Positions 25,233 to 36,532 of a stretch of 64,000 nucleotides of DNA are shown piece by piece. Source of the stretch: Eledone cirrhosa (taxonomy: Eukaryota); assembly GCA_964016885.1 (NCBI GenBank), contig OZ024750.1, forward strand, positions 42,594,001-42,658,000, in the 5' to 3' direction. Positions within the stretch are counted from its first letter, which is position 1; each line of letters starts with the position of its first letter. The position numbers and the translations under genes were made by a program. The notes below the pieces were generated by a model. That model was not told where the DNA came from. It saw only the letters and a list, made by a program, of their open reading frames with translations, and ran no database searches.

Positions 25233-26951
25233 CTACCTGTTCGGCTCCTGAGGAGCAGGTTGCACAATATCCATGGGCGTATTGGAGGGGTTGTTTGGTG
25301 GGTTGTTGTTCTGTGGTGGAGTGGGGGTGTTTGGTGAGGTGTGGGTGGGGAAACGTTTCAAGAGGACGCGGTTATAGGGTCGAGTACATGTTTTCCCCAC
25401 GTCCTCAGGAAAGTTCTCTCTTAGTTTTGCATAGGTGTCCATTGGGAGTCTTATCATTTTTAAATGCGGTTTGTTGGCCGCGCTTGCAAAGAATTGCCCT
25501 TCAGTTTCCACCGAAGGGTCTTTGTGTATTGTTTTTACTAGTTCTTTGTTATTTGTGTTAATGTATGTATACTGTTTTATTTGTGTTGTGTTTGTTTGTT
25601 GTTCTTGTGTGTGCTTACGTTTTGTTGTATGTGTTATGTTTTGGGGTGGGGCGGATTTTGTTTGTTCTGTTTGTTTTGTTTTTGTTGGTGGTTGTGTGTT
25701 TGTTTCGTTTATGTTCGAGTGGTGCTTTCTTTTTTTCCTTTTTACAGGTTGGAAGGGTTCCCCCTCTTCGTCACTAGGTGCCGTTTCCGCTGGGTCCTCG
25801 TCCGTGCTGTCGGGTAGTGGTGTATTTTGGGGTTTTGTTGTATTTGTGTGTGTTTTGGGAGTTGTTTTGGGTGGGGCCGTGTCTTGTGTTATTTTTCCGT
25901 GTTGTTTTTGTTGTTGTTGTGGTGGTGGTGGTGGCGGTGGTGGTGTGTGGGGTGTAGGAAAAAGAGCCTGTTTTTTTGTCAATTGAGGACAAGCAGCCCT
26001 TAGATGACCCCTGCTTGAACAGTAGTAACATATGGGCCTCCTACCCTCGGCTGAAATGTATATAAATGTTTCTCCATCGAGGGACACCCTCTGTGGTATT
26101 CTAGCTATTCGTTCTGGTCTCATTTGGACCAGAACCTCCACGCTCAAACCGCCGAAAACGTCTGTGGTGACTTCTCCTACTGAGAGGATTCCGTCCTCGT
26201 CTTCTAAAAATCCTGTTAGTACCCAGGAAATGCATGCATTTGGCCGGATTCCAGAGACCCTTATTTTCTGCGTTCTTTTCCCTAAATATGTGGGGAAAAA
26301 TGTATGTAGCTTGGAAACAATTGACGCCACAGAGTATTTCCTGGCCGTCAATTGATCCTTCATTAGGACCGTTATATTCCCATAGAGTGGCCCTTTTTGT
26401 ATGAACGATATATCACTCCACACGTTTTTTAGGACCAGCTCAATCTCTTTTTGGGATAATTGAGCTGGTTTCCTTGTTATGTTGGAAATTGTTCTGAAAG
26501 ATATCGTTCTTAGCGTCGTGTCTCTTTTGATTTCTTGTGGGTAGGTGATTGTGAAGTCTCCTCCTTCTTTGAAAGTTACATACTGTTTCGCTTCCTTCAT
26601 CTTTTCTCTCAGAGTTGTAATGTCCAGTTGCTTGCAGGTTTGTGTTTTCCGGACCGCCTGTGCAAAGGAGGCACCAGTAGTGGGTTCGCTTTGTTTGGTG
26701 TTATCGTTATTTTTTCCTTGGTTGGTGTTGTGACTATTGCTGTTATTGTCGTTGTTGTTTTTGTCTGCGTTTATGTAACTTTCTGGGTTTTCACCCATTT
26801 TTACAAATTTTTCTTTTAATTCCGTGTTCCATGTTTCTTTTGCAGAAGTGAGGAGGGAAGACTTAGAGCCTTGTGCTTCTAGCTTCTCTGTATCACCTTT
26901 CTTAGGGGGCGTGGCTTTCACGTTAGGATGAGATGTGAAAATTCCGTCCAT
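25233..26951 (-). CDS. LINE ORF1 (gag-like, CCHC zinc knuckle); likely start MDGIF at 26951
   Basis: CYYCSSRGHLRAAC knuckle, SFAQAV and FQPVKRKKRK motifs typical of L1/Tx1 ORF1; the frame is open to 27044. Confidence 0.85.
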   Translation of the reverse strand: MDGIFTSHPNVKATPPKKGDTEKLEAQGSKSSLLTSAKETWNTELKEKFVKMGENPESYINADKNNNDNNSNSHNTNQGKNNDNTKQSEPTTGASFAQAVRKTQTCKQLDITTLREKMKEAKQYVTFKEGGDFTITYPQEIKRDTTLRTISFRTISNITRKPAQLSQKEIELVLKNVWSDISFIQKGPLYGNITVLMKDQLTARKYSVASIVSKLHTFFPTYLGKRTQKIRVSGIRPNACISWVLTGFLEDEDGILSVGEVTTDVFGGLSVEVLVQMRPERIARIPQRVSLDGETFIYISAEGRRPICYYCSSRGHLRAACPQLTKKQALFPTPHTPPPPPPPPQQQQKQHGKITQDTAPPKTTPKTHTNTTKPQNTPLPDSTDEDPAETAPSDEEGEPFQPVKRKKRKHHSNINETNTQPPTKTKQTEQTKSAPPQNITHTTKRKHTQEQQTNTTQIKQYTYINTNNKELVKTIHKDPSVETEGQFFASAANKPHLKMIRLPMDTYAKLRENFPEDVGKTCTRPYNRVLLKRFPTHTSPNTPTPPQNNNPPNNPSNTPMDIVQPAPQEPNR

Positions 26952-27159
26952 TTCTATTAGTTTGCCGTAATAAGTTTTTAACTGGAAAATTCGCCCCCAA
27001 AAGGGGCGAAAATAAATAAACTCAAAGTTTGACGACCAAGGCAAGGGGTTAACGTATATTACAGTATAAAAAAATTAATCAAAACTCACTTTTGAGTAAG
27101 TAAATCCGACTCGGTAGCCGAGCTTGTTCACACACGTCAACACACGTCTCTCGTATACG

Positions 27160-27360
27160 AGATGTTATGTGAGATATTATGTGAGGTAAAGCCTTTACTG
27201 TGAAAATACAATAGTATATATAGAGTAATGTAAATGTTATGTGAGATATTATGTGAGGTAAAGCCTTTACTGTGAAAATACAATAGTATATATAGAGTAA
27301 TGTAAATGTTATGTGAGATATTATGTGAGGTAAAGCCTTTACTGTGAAAATACAATAGTA
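27160..27360. repeat. 60-bp MITE-derived minisatellite, left part
   Basis: Unit atgttatgtgagatattatgtgaggtaaagcctttactgtgaaaatacaatagtatatatagagtaatgtaa. Confidence 0.9.
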
Positions 27361-30300
27361 TCATCATCATCATCATCATCACCGTTTTACGTCCGTTCTT
27401 CCACGCTAGCATGGGTTAGACGGGTTGTCCTGTTGTGGGCAGTGTCTGGTCGGCTGACCATGCCTTGCTCATACAGGAACTGATCTGGCTTGATTTCTAC
27501 AGCTGGATGCCCTTCCTAACACCAACCTCATTTACAGTGAGTGCTGGGTGCTTTTTCGTGGCGCCTACACGTCCACTTTACAGTGTGGGCTGGGTGCTTT
27601 TTTGCCGTGGCACCTCCACGACCACCTTGCGGTGGGGGGGGGGGGGCATATTGTTTATATGCTTCAGCATGTACCCATGGGAGGTCGGGTACCCTGTATT
27701 ACTGCGTGACGCCAGAAGTCACGGTCGTGTGTCATTGACTTTGAGATGTGTAGTTGGGTAAGGTCGGCTTTTATCACCTCATCCCAAGTCATCTTGGGTC
27801 TCCCCACTCCGCGGTTTCCATCAACTTCTAGTGCTCTGCACCTTTTTATGCAGCTGTCATCCTTCATACGCATCACATGTCCATACCAGCGTAACCGCCT
27901 CTCCTGCACGCAGCATTTGATTCCTCTTATGCTCAGTCTCTCTCTCAATTCATTTATGCTTTGTCGTTCACGTATATTACTGTTACACATCCATCGGAGC
28001 ATGCAGGCTTCGTTTCTCTCTAATCTACGTAAGTCTTCCACCTTCAGCGCCCAGGTCTCACTACCATGCAACATCGCTGTTCGGATACACGCATCATACA
28101 GTCTGCCTTTCATTCTGAGGGAGAAGCCTTTTGCAGCTAGCAGTGGTAGTAGTTCCCTAAACTTCTTCCATCCCGTTCTTACCCTAGTTATTGTACTTTC
28201 TGAGCACCCACCTCCGTTGCTAATTCGGTCACCTAGGTAGCAGAAGCTGTCTACTGTTTCTACAGGGCCCTCCCAGAGATTGGTGGTACTTGTTTCCTGT
28301 GGCTGTTTGCTTGCTGTCCCAGCACAGCTGCTGCATGTGAATCCTACATTCTTAATTAAGCTTCCTGAGATCCCGCTACATCTCTTGTGTACCCATTGTT
28401 TGCATTTGGGGCAAAGAATGGAGTTCCTACCTACACCTTTCCTACATACTGAGCAAGGCCATTTCCCTGAGGGGATCTGGGTTCTGTTTTCTCGTCTACT
28501 TATAAGGACCTTAGTCTTTGTCATGTTGACTTTGAGGCCCTTTCTCTCTAGTCCCTGCTTCCAGGTTTGGAATTTATTCTCTAGTTCTACCATAGATTCA
28601 GCTATGAGTGCGAGGTCATCAGCATACAGGAGTTCCCATGGGCATCCGGTCTTAAACTCCTCCGTTATTGCCTGCAGGACTATGATGAACAGGAGAGGGC
28701 TAAGAACAGAGCCCTGGTGGACCCCAACCTGTACGCTAAATTCCTCGCTATACTCATTGCCAATCCTAACTTTGCTGACTGCTCCCCTATACATGGCTTG
28801 TACCGCTTTCACAAGCCATTCATCTACTCCTAGTTTTCTAAGAGCCCACCAGATTACTGCACGTGGAACTCTGTCAAAGGCTTTCTCAAGGTCGACAAAT
28901 GCCAAGTAGAGTGGCTTACTTTTAGCTAGGTACTTTTCCTGTAATTGCCTCACAAGGAAGAGCGCATCAGTGGTGCCTTTCCCTGGTACAAACCCAAATT
29001 GCATCTCGTCTATATTCACCCGGTCCCTAATCAGCTGTGCTATAACTCTTTCTGTTACTTTCATGACCTGGTCCATCAACTTTATACCTCTATAGTTTCC
29101 TCTATCTAGTGCATCGCCTTTACCTTTGTAGCAGTTGACAATGATGCTACTGCACCAATCTTTTGGTATGGCCCCCTCTAGTATTACCTGGTTAACGATA
29201 CGTGTGGTTATAGTGTGACCTACAGACCCAGATGCCTTCAGCATCTCGGCAGCTATACCCGATGGACCGGTTGCCTTCCCTATCTTCATATCTCTGATTG
29301 CCTTACTTACTACGCTGCCGCTGACTTGTACTGCTGGTCCCTCTATAGGGTCTACGTGGGGTAGGGTCTCTTCTTCCCATGCATTCTCCTCATTTAGTAA
29401 TCTATCATAATGACTCTTCCATGCATCTTTCTTCTCAGCACTTGTGAGGGCAAGCTCACCTTTATCATTCCGGATACACTTCTCTCCAATGACATCACAA
29501 CTATCTCTGACACACTGCCTCGCAATCTTGAATACCTCCTGTTTCTGGTCCTCACGTTGTAAAACATGCTTGAATTTTCTATCCTCTGCTTCCCTCCTAG
29601 CTAAGTATACTTGTCGCCTAGCTTCCCTCTTGGTCTCTATGTAATGTACCCTGCTCCCCCCGTTCTTCCATTCTTTCCATGCCTGTCTCTTGGCCTTGAC
29701 TGCTTCATCTACCTTATTGTTCCACCACCAAGTCACTCTCCTCCTGCTTGAGGTCTTACTCCAGCCACAAACCTCATCCGTCGCCTCTAGTAAGTTATTT
29801 TTTAGGAACTCCCAGTTCTCTTCTACGTTAAATGTCTCTATCTGTTCTTCTTTACTGTCGTAGGCGTTGAGTAAAATATCTTTAAATCTGTTACTGGTTG
29901 AGGGGACTTTCAGCTTCCAGATCTTTCTTCTCCAGGTTGGCCTCTGTTTCAGGGCTCGTCTAGTTCTGACCGTGAGGTCGCTGACAACTAAGCTATGTTG
30001 GGATGTACATTCCTCACTAGGGAAGGCTTTTGTGTTTACGACCGTCCATCTGTCACGTCCTCTGATGAGGATAAAATCTAACTGACTAGAGTGCTCCCCT
30101 GATCTATAGGTGATCAGGTGGTTGTCGGGTTTTTTAAAGTTTGTGTTACATATCGACATGTCATTGGCGTCGCAGAATTCTAGAAGTCTGAATCCTTCCT
30201 CATTCCTTGTGCCAACTCCATGGCCTCCATGTACTCTATTGAAGCCGTCGCAGTGTTTACCTACGTGTCCGTTAAAATCTCCTGCAATGATTAGGAAGTC

Positions 30301-30851
30301 CTTGTCGTCTGTTAGAGCAGTAGTGTGTATTAGGGACTCGTAAAACCTATCCTTAAGTTCGTCTGGCAGCCCCGATTGGGGTGCGTAAGCTGATATTATT
30401 GTGGTAATTGTCTTATTCAGGACTAGTCTGAGTTTAATGATTCTTGCATTTACCCTGTACACTGAGATTACTTTATCTACCCACTTGTCAGCTAATAGTA
30501 TACCTACACCACCCATCCCATCGTCATTTCCCACCCAGAAAAATTTGTAGCACTGGCTTTTTCCTACAAGGACTCTAGCAGACCCTCCTCTCCATCTAGT
30601 CTCTTGCACACAGCATACATCAACTTCCTTTCGCTCTAGCATTTCTACGATTTCTCCTGCTCTTCCTTTCATTGAGCCTACATTGATGATACCAACTCGG
30701 AGTTTTGGGCATTTGTCGACACTCGTAGGGGAGGGTCTCTGGGTTGGCGCTTCACGTGGGTGCTTGGTAGCTCGCAGATTCATATTTCATCTATTGATTC
30801 AGAGTTGCTCGTGTATTCCCAGCTCATCCATCCATAACGGTGGATGAGCTG
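27361..30851 (-). mobile_element. RTE-clade LINE, apparently intact, inserted in the 60-bp minisatellite
   Basis: Single ORF, ~300-nt 3' UTR ending (TGA)n; the satellite resumes in phase on both sides. Confidence 0.92.
27664..30783 (-). CDS. RTE ORF: APE, RT and PHD-like Cys/His finger (1039 aa)
   Basis: VQETRW, GDFNGH, NYRGIKL, FVDLEKAFDRV, GVHQGSVLSP, YADD; CSVC..CPKC..HKRC..CSSC; RRLRWYGHVMR. Confidence 0.95.
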   Translation of the reverse strand: MNLRATKHPREAPTQRPSPTSVDKCPKLRVGIINVGSMKGRAGEIVEMLERKEVDVCCVQETRWRGGSARVLVGKSQCYKFFWVGNDDGMGGVGILLADKWVDKVISVYRVNARIIKLRLVLNKTITTIISAYAPQSGLPDELKDRFYESLIHTTALTDDKDFLIIAGDFNGHVGKHCDGFNRVHGGHGVGTRNEEGFRLLEFCDANDMSICNTNFKKPDNHLITYRSGEHSSQLDFILIRGRDRWTVVNTKAFPSEECTSQHSLVVSDLTVRTRRALKQRPTWRRKIWKLKVPSTSNRFKDILLNAYDSKEEQIETFNVEENWEFLKNNLLEATDEVCGWSKTSSRRRVTWWWNNKVDEAVKAKRQAWKEWKNGGSRVHYIETKREARRQVYLARREAEDRKFKHVLQREDQKQEVFKIARQCVRDSCDVIGEKCIRNDKGELALTSAEKKDAWKSHYDRLLNEENAWEEETLPHVDPIEGPAVQVSGSVVSKAIRDMKIGKATGPSGIAAEMLKASGSVGHTITTRIVNQVILEGAIPKDWCSSIIVNCYKGKGDALDRGNYRGIKLMDQVMKVTERVIAQLIRDRVNIDEMQFGFVPGKGTTDALFLVRQLQEKYLAKSKPLYLAFVDLEKAFDRVPRAVIWWALRKLGVDEWLVKAVQAMYRGAVSKVRIGNEYSEEFSVQVGVHQGSVLSPLLFIIVLQAITEEFKTGCPWELLYADDLALIAESMVELENKFQTWKQGLERKGLKVNMTKTKVLISRRENRTQIPSGKWPCSVCRKGVGRNSILCPKCKQWVHKRCSGISGSLIKNVGFTCSSCAGTASKQPQETSTTNLWEGPVETVDSFCYLGDRISNGGGCSESTITRVRTGWKKFRELLPLLAAKGFSLRMKGRLYDACIRTAMLHGSETWALKVEDLRRLERNEACMLRWMCNSNIRERQSINELRERLSIRGIKCCVQERRLRWYGHVMRMKDDSCIKRCRALEVDGNRGVGRPKMTWDEVIKADLTQLHISKSMTHDRDFWRHAVIQGTRPPMGTC

Positions 30852-30859
30852 TATATATT

Positions 30860-32020
30860 AGTATATATAGAGTAATGTAAATGTTATGTGAGATATTATG
30901 TGAGGTAAAGCCTTTACTGTGAAAATACAATAGTATATATAGAGTAATGTAAATGGTATGTGAGATATTATGTGAGGTAAAGCCTTTACTGTGAAAATAC
31001 AATAGTATATATAGAGTAATGTAAATGTTATGTGAGATATTATGTGAGGTAAAGCCTTTACTGTGAAAATACAATAGTATATATAGAGTAATGTAAATGT
31101 TATGTGAGATATTATGTGAGGTAAAGCCTTTACTGTGAAAATACAATAGTATATATAGAGTAATGTAAATGTTATGTGAGATATTATGTGAGGTAAAGCC
31201 TTTACTGTGAAAATACAATAGTATATATAGAGTAATGTAAATGGTATGTGAGATATTATGTGAGGTAAAGCCTTTACTGTGAAAATACAATAGTATATAT
31301 AGAGTAATGTAAATGTTATGTGAGATATTATGTGAGGTAAAGCCTTTACTGTGAAAATACAATAGTATATATAGAGTAATGTAAATGTTATGTGAGATAT
31401 TATGTGAGGTAAAGCCTTTACTGTGAAAATACAATAGTATATATAGAGTAATGTAAATGGTATGTGAGATATTATGTGAGGTAAAGCCTTTACTGTGAAA
31501 ATACAATAGTATATATAGAGTAATGTAAATGGTATGTGAGATATTATGTGAGGTAAAGCCTTTACTGTGAAAATACAATAGTATATATAGAGTAATGTAA
31601 ATGTTATGTGAGATATTATGTGAGGTAAAGCCTTTACTGTGAAAATACAATAGTATATATAGAGTAATGTAAATGTTATGCGAGATATTATGTGAGGTAA
31701 AGCCTTTACTGTGAAAATACAATAGTATATATAGAGTAATGTAAATGTTATGTGAGATATTATGTGAGGTAAAGCCTTTACTGTGAAAATACAATAGTAT
31801 ATATAGAGTAATGTAAATGTTATGCGAGATATTATGTGAGGTAAAGCCTTTACTGTGAAAATACAATAGTATATATAGAGTAATGTAAATGTTATGTGAG
31901 ATATTATGTGAGGTAAAGCCTTTACTGTGAAAATACAATAGTATATATAGAGTAATGTAAATATTATGTGAAATATTATGTGAGGTAAACCCTTTACTGT
32001 GAAAATACAATAGTATATAT
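30860..32020. repeat. 60-bp MITE-derived minisatellite, about 19 units
   Basis: Same unit as 27160-27360; explains ORF 30799..32139. Confidence 0.95.
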
Positions 32021-32625
32021 AGGTTGATGGAAGCTACAGTGTAGGAAGACCTGGGATGACTTGGGATGAGGTGATCAAAGCTGACCTTGCACAATTGCCC
32101 CTCTCGAAGGTGGTGACACAAGATATAGGTCTCTGGCATTATTCAGTAATACAGAAGACCCACCTTCCCATGTGCATACATCTTGTATGCACTACCTTCT
32201 CCCTTTTCCTACCATTTTCCTCCATGTCCTAACGACCCTTCCTCCATCTATATATCACCCCCTCTTACACATCCCACATCCTAACACACCACCCTCTTTC
32301 ACACGACCCCAGATCTATCTCCCCAGTCCCAACACCACCAAACCCGAGGTCTCCAGCCCACACTATAATGTGGTTGTGATGGCGACGCAACCAAAAGCAC
32401 CCAGTCCTCACTGTAACGTAGTCATGTAGGTGACATAACAAAAAGCACCCAGTCCACACTGTAAATGTAGTTGGCTTTAGGAAGGGCATCCAGCCATAGA
32501 AACGAAGCCAGAATCAGTTCTGTATGAGCAAGACATGGTGTTCAGACCTGGCTTGTCTCACAACAGGACAACTCATCTAACCCATGCTAGTGTGGAAAAA
32601 TGGACGTTAAACGGTGAGGATGATG
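32021..32625 (+). mobile_element. Diverged RTE 3' fragment
   Basis: Translates VDG..VGRPGMTWDEVIKADL; tail with ggaagggcatccagcc and gatgatg. Confidence 0.75.
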
Positions 32626-33096
32626 AAACTACTCTACTATTTACAAATACAAATGTTTACAGACAATTCTTCTCTGTTCAAGGCCCTTATTTCCACTCAG
32701 TGTATCTGAAGGTAAACAAGTTATAAATATGGTTTCCTTGCAGTCATTTTCTGCCCCCTCCCCCGTCTGTCTCTTCCTTTCTCAACCAAAAATCTGTGTC
32801 TTTTCTCAACACATGACCCAACCATCTCACTCTATCTCTCCTCACAACATCCATCACTGTCTCTCTTCCTTTCTCTCCTCTCACCCAGTCTCACCCAACC
32901 TTCCTCCACACATGACCCAATATTTCTCTACAACTCATAGATTCTCTTCCCAAAGATAAAATGCCTCAGACCAAAGCTTATTAAACTATATTATACATTA
33001 ATGAGTCCAAATGATTGATTGGATTGGAATAATGGATAGTATAGTGACAAGACTGGCAGATCATGTCCTGTGGTTATTACTGCATTGTGTCATTGG

Positions 33097-33340
33097 TGGT
33101 AGATTGGCAGAATCGGTAGAGCGTCGGACAATATGTTTTGTGGCATAGAGGAGTTATGGCCCTTTGCCTTCTGAGTTCAAATTCTGCAGGGGTTAAGCTT
33201 TGCCTTTCATCCTTACAGGGTTGATAAAATTAAGTACCAGTAATGTACTGGAGTCGGTTTAATCGACCCCCCCCCCCAAAAAAAAACAACAACAGCAAAG
33301 AAACGAATTGCTGGCCTTGTGCCTATGGTAGAAACAATTA
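33097..33340 (+). mobile_element. SINE family B copy (diverged)
   Basis: Head ggtagattggcagaatcggtagagc; core gcctttcatccttacagggttgataaaat. Confidence 0.8.
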
Positions 33341-33566
33341 CTACATTGTGTCACATGACGATGATCATGTGACGCTAAATAACCAAGTCTACCTGATGGT
33401 AAACAGCTACTAAAACAGTGTATTTCACAGTTCTGTAAACATCCTCCCCTCTTTCCCCTCCTCATTCCCCCTCCTCCTCCTCTTCCTTATGATGATAATC
33501 ATGATCATCACCATCGTTGTTGTCATCACTGTCATCATCATCATCACCATCACCATCACCACCATT

Positions 33567-33603
<37 letters not shown>

Positions 33604-33720
33604 CCAGCAGCAGCACCACGAACACCTTATTGGATGGACTAGGAATTCTTTTTTTTCGTGTTACCAGCAGGACCAAGTTACAGGCTAGGCCGATATATAT
33701 ATATATATATATATAATATA

Positions 33721-34134
33721 CTAGCAGATATACCCGGCGTTGCTCGGGAAATGAATGACAGCCTGTGTGTCCGTATAAAGAGAGCCAAAGGTTGAGCAAA
33801 GAATTGAAATGTAATTGTAAAAAAAAGTTTAACAAAATGGGTGTACAGTGACATGATTGAGTGGAATAAACGGCAACATAAAAACAATTGATGGGGTAGC
33901 TTGAGTTAATTGACGTGAATGATTTCAGGTCCGGCCTTGCTGTAGTAGGTATGAGTAAGGGGATAAAGATGGAATAGACGCACCGTATGTCCTTCAGTAG
34001 ACTAAACCCTATGCGTAAGATGGTGCTGCCACTACCACGTTGACCATCCACTGGACATAGAAATATCATTCCTTGAAGCAAATCGGCCTAGTACTTCAAA
34101 AGTTAAAAGGAGCCTAGTATTTGTACACAGACAG

Positions 34135-34168
<34 letters not shown>

Positions 34169-34216
34169 ACAGACACACAGACAGACACATACACAGACCG
34201 ACTTGCTTTTATATAT
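33721..34216 (-). mobile_element. Non-autonomous Helitron
   Basis: Minus-strand 3' end cccgagcaacgccggg-tatatctg-CTAG|T; (GTCT)/(GT) repeats near the 5' end. Confidence 0.75.
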
Positions 34217-34470
34217 CATCATCATCTTCGTTTAACGTCCATTTTCCACGCTAGCATGGGTTAGACGGGAGTTGTCCCGCTTGAGGCAAGGCTGGTCGGG
34301 TGACCGTGTCTCGCTCATATAGGACTATCTGGCAGGCTTTCTACGGCTGGATGCCCTTCCTAACACCAACCACGTTTACAGTGTGGAACTGGGAACTTTT
34401 TACCGTGTTACCTACACGACCACATTACAGCTTGGACTGTGTGTGTGTTTTTGTTGTGACACCTACACGA
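34217..34470 (-). mobile_element. RTE-type 3' tail fragment
   Basis: (CAT)n-tttaacgtcc...ccacgctagcatggg...ggatgcccttcctaac. Confidence 0.7.
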
Positions 34471-34879
34471 ACTCCATCTCATTTTCTCATGCTGTTGGTG
34501 GGAGTGGGAGGATGGGGTAGGGGTAGTGGATTGGGGTGTATATTTTGTCAAGAGGTGCCTACTGACTATATATATGTAAGTATGTATACGTACATTCATC
34601 TATGTATTCAGATGTACAGTAGTATGTATATATATACATACATGTACACATATATATATATATATGTATGTATAGGTTTACCGAACATTTATTATAATGT
34701 TCGGTTTGTTTATAAACAAACAGCCCGAATTATGCCGTACAGTGTTTGACAACCAATCTTTGGTATATATATATATATATATATACCAAAGATTAATATG
34801 GTTCGTTGATTAAGCAACGAATACAATTTTACAATAGATTAGAAGCACTCAACAAAAGATTTTCCTGGAGTATTTAATG

Positions 34880-35209
34880 TTATTCAAAATATTAATAAAT
34901 GAAAAATATTCTCATAATCAAAATATATATTTTATACATATTTCAAAGGTACAATGGTGTTTAAGTACGTTTTCATCAGACAAAATATAAGATTTGATAT
35001 GCCACATACCGCTACGGTTTTGATTATTCAATTCCAATAGTGGCAATCCAATACTGGAATTGAATAATCAAAACCGTAGCGGTATGTCGCATATCAAATC
35101 TTATATTTTGTCTGATGAAAACGTACTTAAACACCATTGTACCTTTGAAATATGTATAATAAAATATATATTTTGATTATCAGAATATTTTTCATTTATT
35201 AATATTTTG

Positions 35210-35214
<5 letters not shown>
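34880..35214. repeat. Palindrome with ~158-bp arms next to (TA)n, carrying a hammerhead-like motif
   Basis: Arms ~34880-35037 and ~35055-35214; tatattttgt-CTGATGA-aaacgtac...gtaccttt-GAAA-tatgt at 35102-35168. Confidence 0.85.
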
Positions 35215-35251
<37 letters not shown>

Positions 35252-35367
35252 TAAAAAAGCACCCAGCACTAACTGTAAATAAGGTTGGTGTTAGGAAGGG
35301 CATCCAGCTGTAGAAATCAAGCCAGAATCAGTTCCCGTCCCACCCTTGGGGACGTAATATATATATA

Positions 35368-36015
35368 TCATCATCATCATCATCATTTTACGTCCGCTTT
35401 TCCCTGCTTGCAAGGGTGGGACGGGAACTGATTGTGGCTTGATTTCTACAGCTGGATGCCCTTCCTAACACCAACCTCATTTACAGTGAGTGCTGGGTGC
35501 TTTTTTGCCGTGGCACCTCCACGACCACTTTGCAGTGGAATGATAGGGATCCCAGTCCCTATCATCTCATTTCTACAGCTGAGTAAACTGGAGCAATGTG
35601 AAATAAAGTGTCTTGCTCAAGGAAAAAACACATCGCCCAGTCTGACCGTTTTACGTCCGTTCTTCCACGCTAGCATGGGTTAGACGGGTTGTCCTGTTGT
35701 GGGCAGTGTCTGGTCGGCTGACCATGCTTTGCTCATACAGGAACTGATCTGGCTTGATTTCTACAGCTGGATGCCCTTCCTAACGCCAACCTCATTTACA
35801 GTGAGTGCTGGGTGCTTTTTCGTGGCGCCTACACGTCCACTTTACAGTGGAATGATAGGGATCCCAGTCCCTATCATCTCATTTCTACAGCTGAGTAAAC
35901 TGGAGCAATGTGAAATAAAGTGTCTTGCTCAAGGAAAAAACACATCACCCAGTCTGAGAATTGAACTCACAACCTTTCGATTGCAAGACCAATGCTCTAA
36001 CCACTAAGCCATGTG

Positions 36016-36092
<77 letters not shown>

Positions 36093-36471
36093 TCATCATC
36101 ACCGTTTTACGTCCGTTCTTCCACGCTAGCATGGGTTAGACGGGTTGTCCTGTTGTGGGCAGTGTCTGGTCGGCTGACCATGCCTTGCTCATACAGGAAC
36201 TGATCTGGCTTGATTTCTACAGCTGGATGCCCTTCCTAACGCCAACCTCATTTACAGTGAGTGCTGGGTGCTTTTTCGTGGCGCCTACACGTCCACTTTA
36301 CAGTGGAATGATAGGGATCCCAGTCCCTATCATCTCATTTCTACAGCTGAGTAAACTGGAGCAATGTGAAATAAAGTGTCTTGCTCAAGGAAAAAACACA
36401 TCACCCAATCTGAGAATTGAACTCACAACCTTTCGATTGCAAGACCAATGCTCTAACCACTAAGCCATGTG

Positions 36472-36473
<2 letters not shown>
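35368..36473 (-). mobile_element. Tandem array: one family A SINE plus two chimeric SINE-head/RTE-tail units
   Basis: 35368-35645 is SINE A; 35646-36016 and 36090-36473 join the RTE 3' UTR to a SINE A body and head. Confidence 0.85.

Positions 36474-36529
<56 letters not shown>

Positions 36530-36532
<3 letters not shown>

Larger units (their letters stand above)
21550..27147 (-). mobile_element. Near full-length L1/Tx1-like non-LTR retrotransposon
   Basis: Two open ORFs separated by 21 bp, with short UTRs; boundaries are approximate. Confidence 0.9.

Noticed and set aside
21901-30343. Many plus-strand ORFs overlapping the two LINEs
   Set aside because: Antisense shadows of the genuine minus-strand ORFs.
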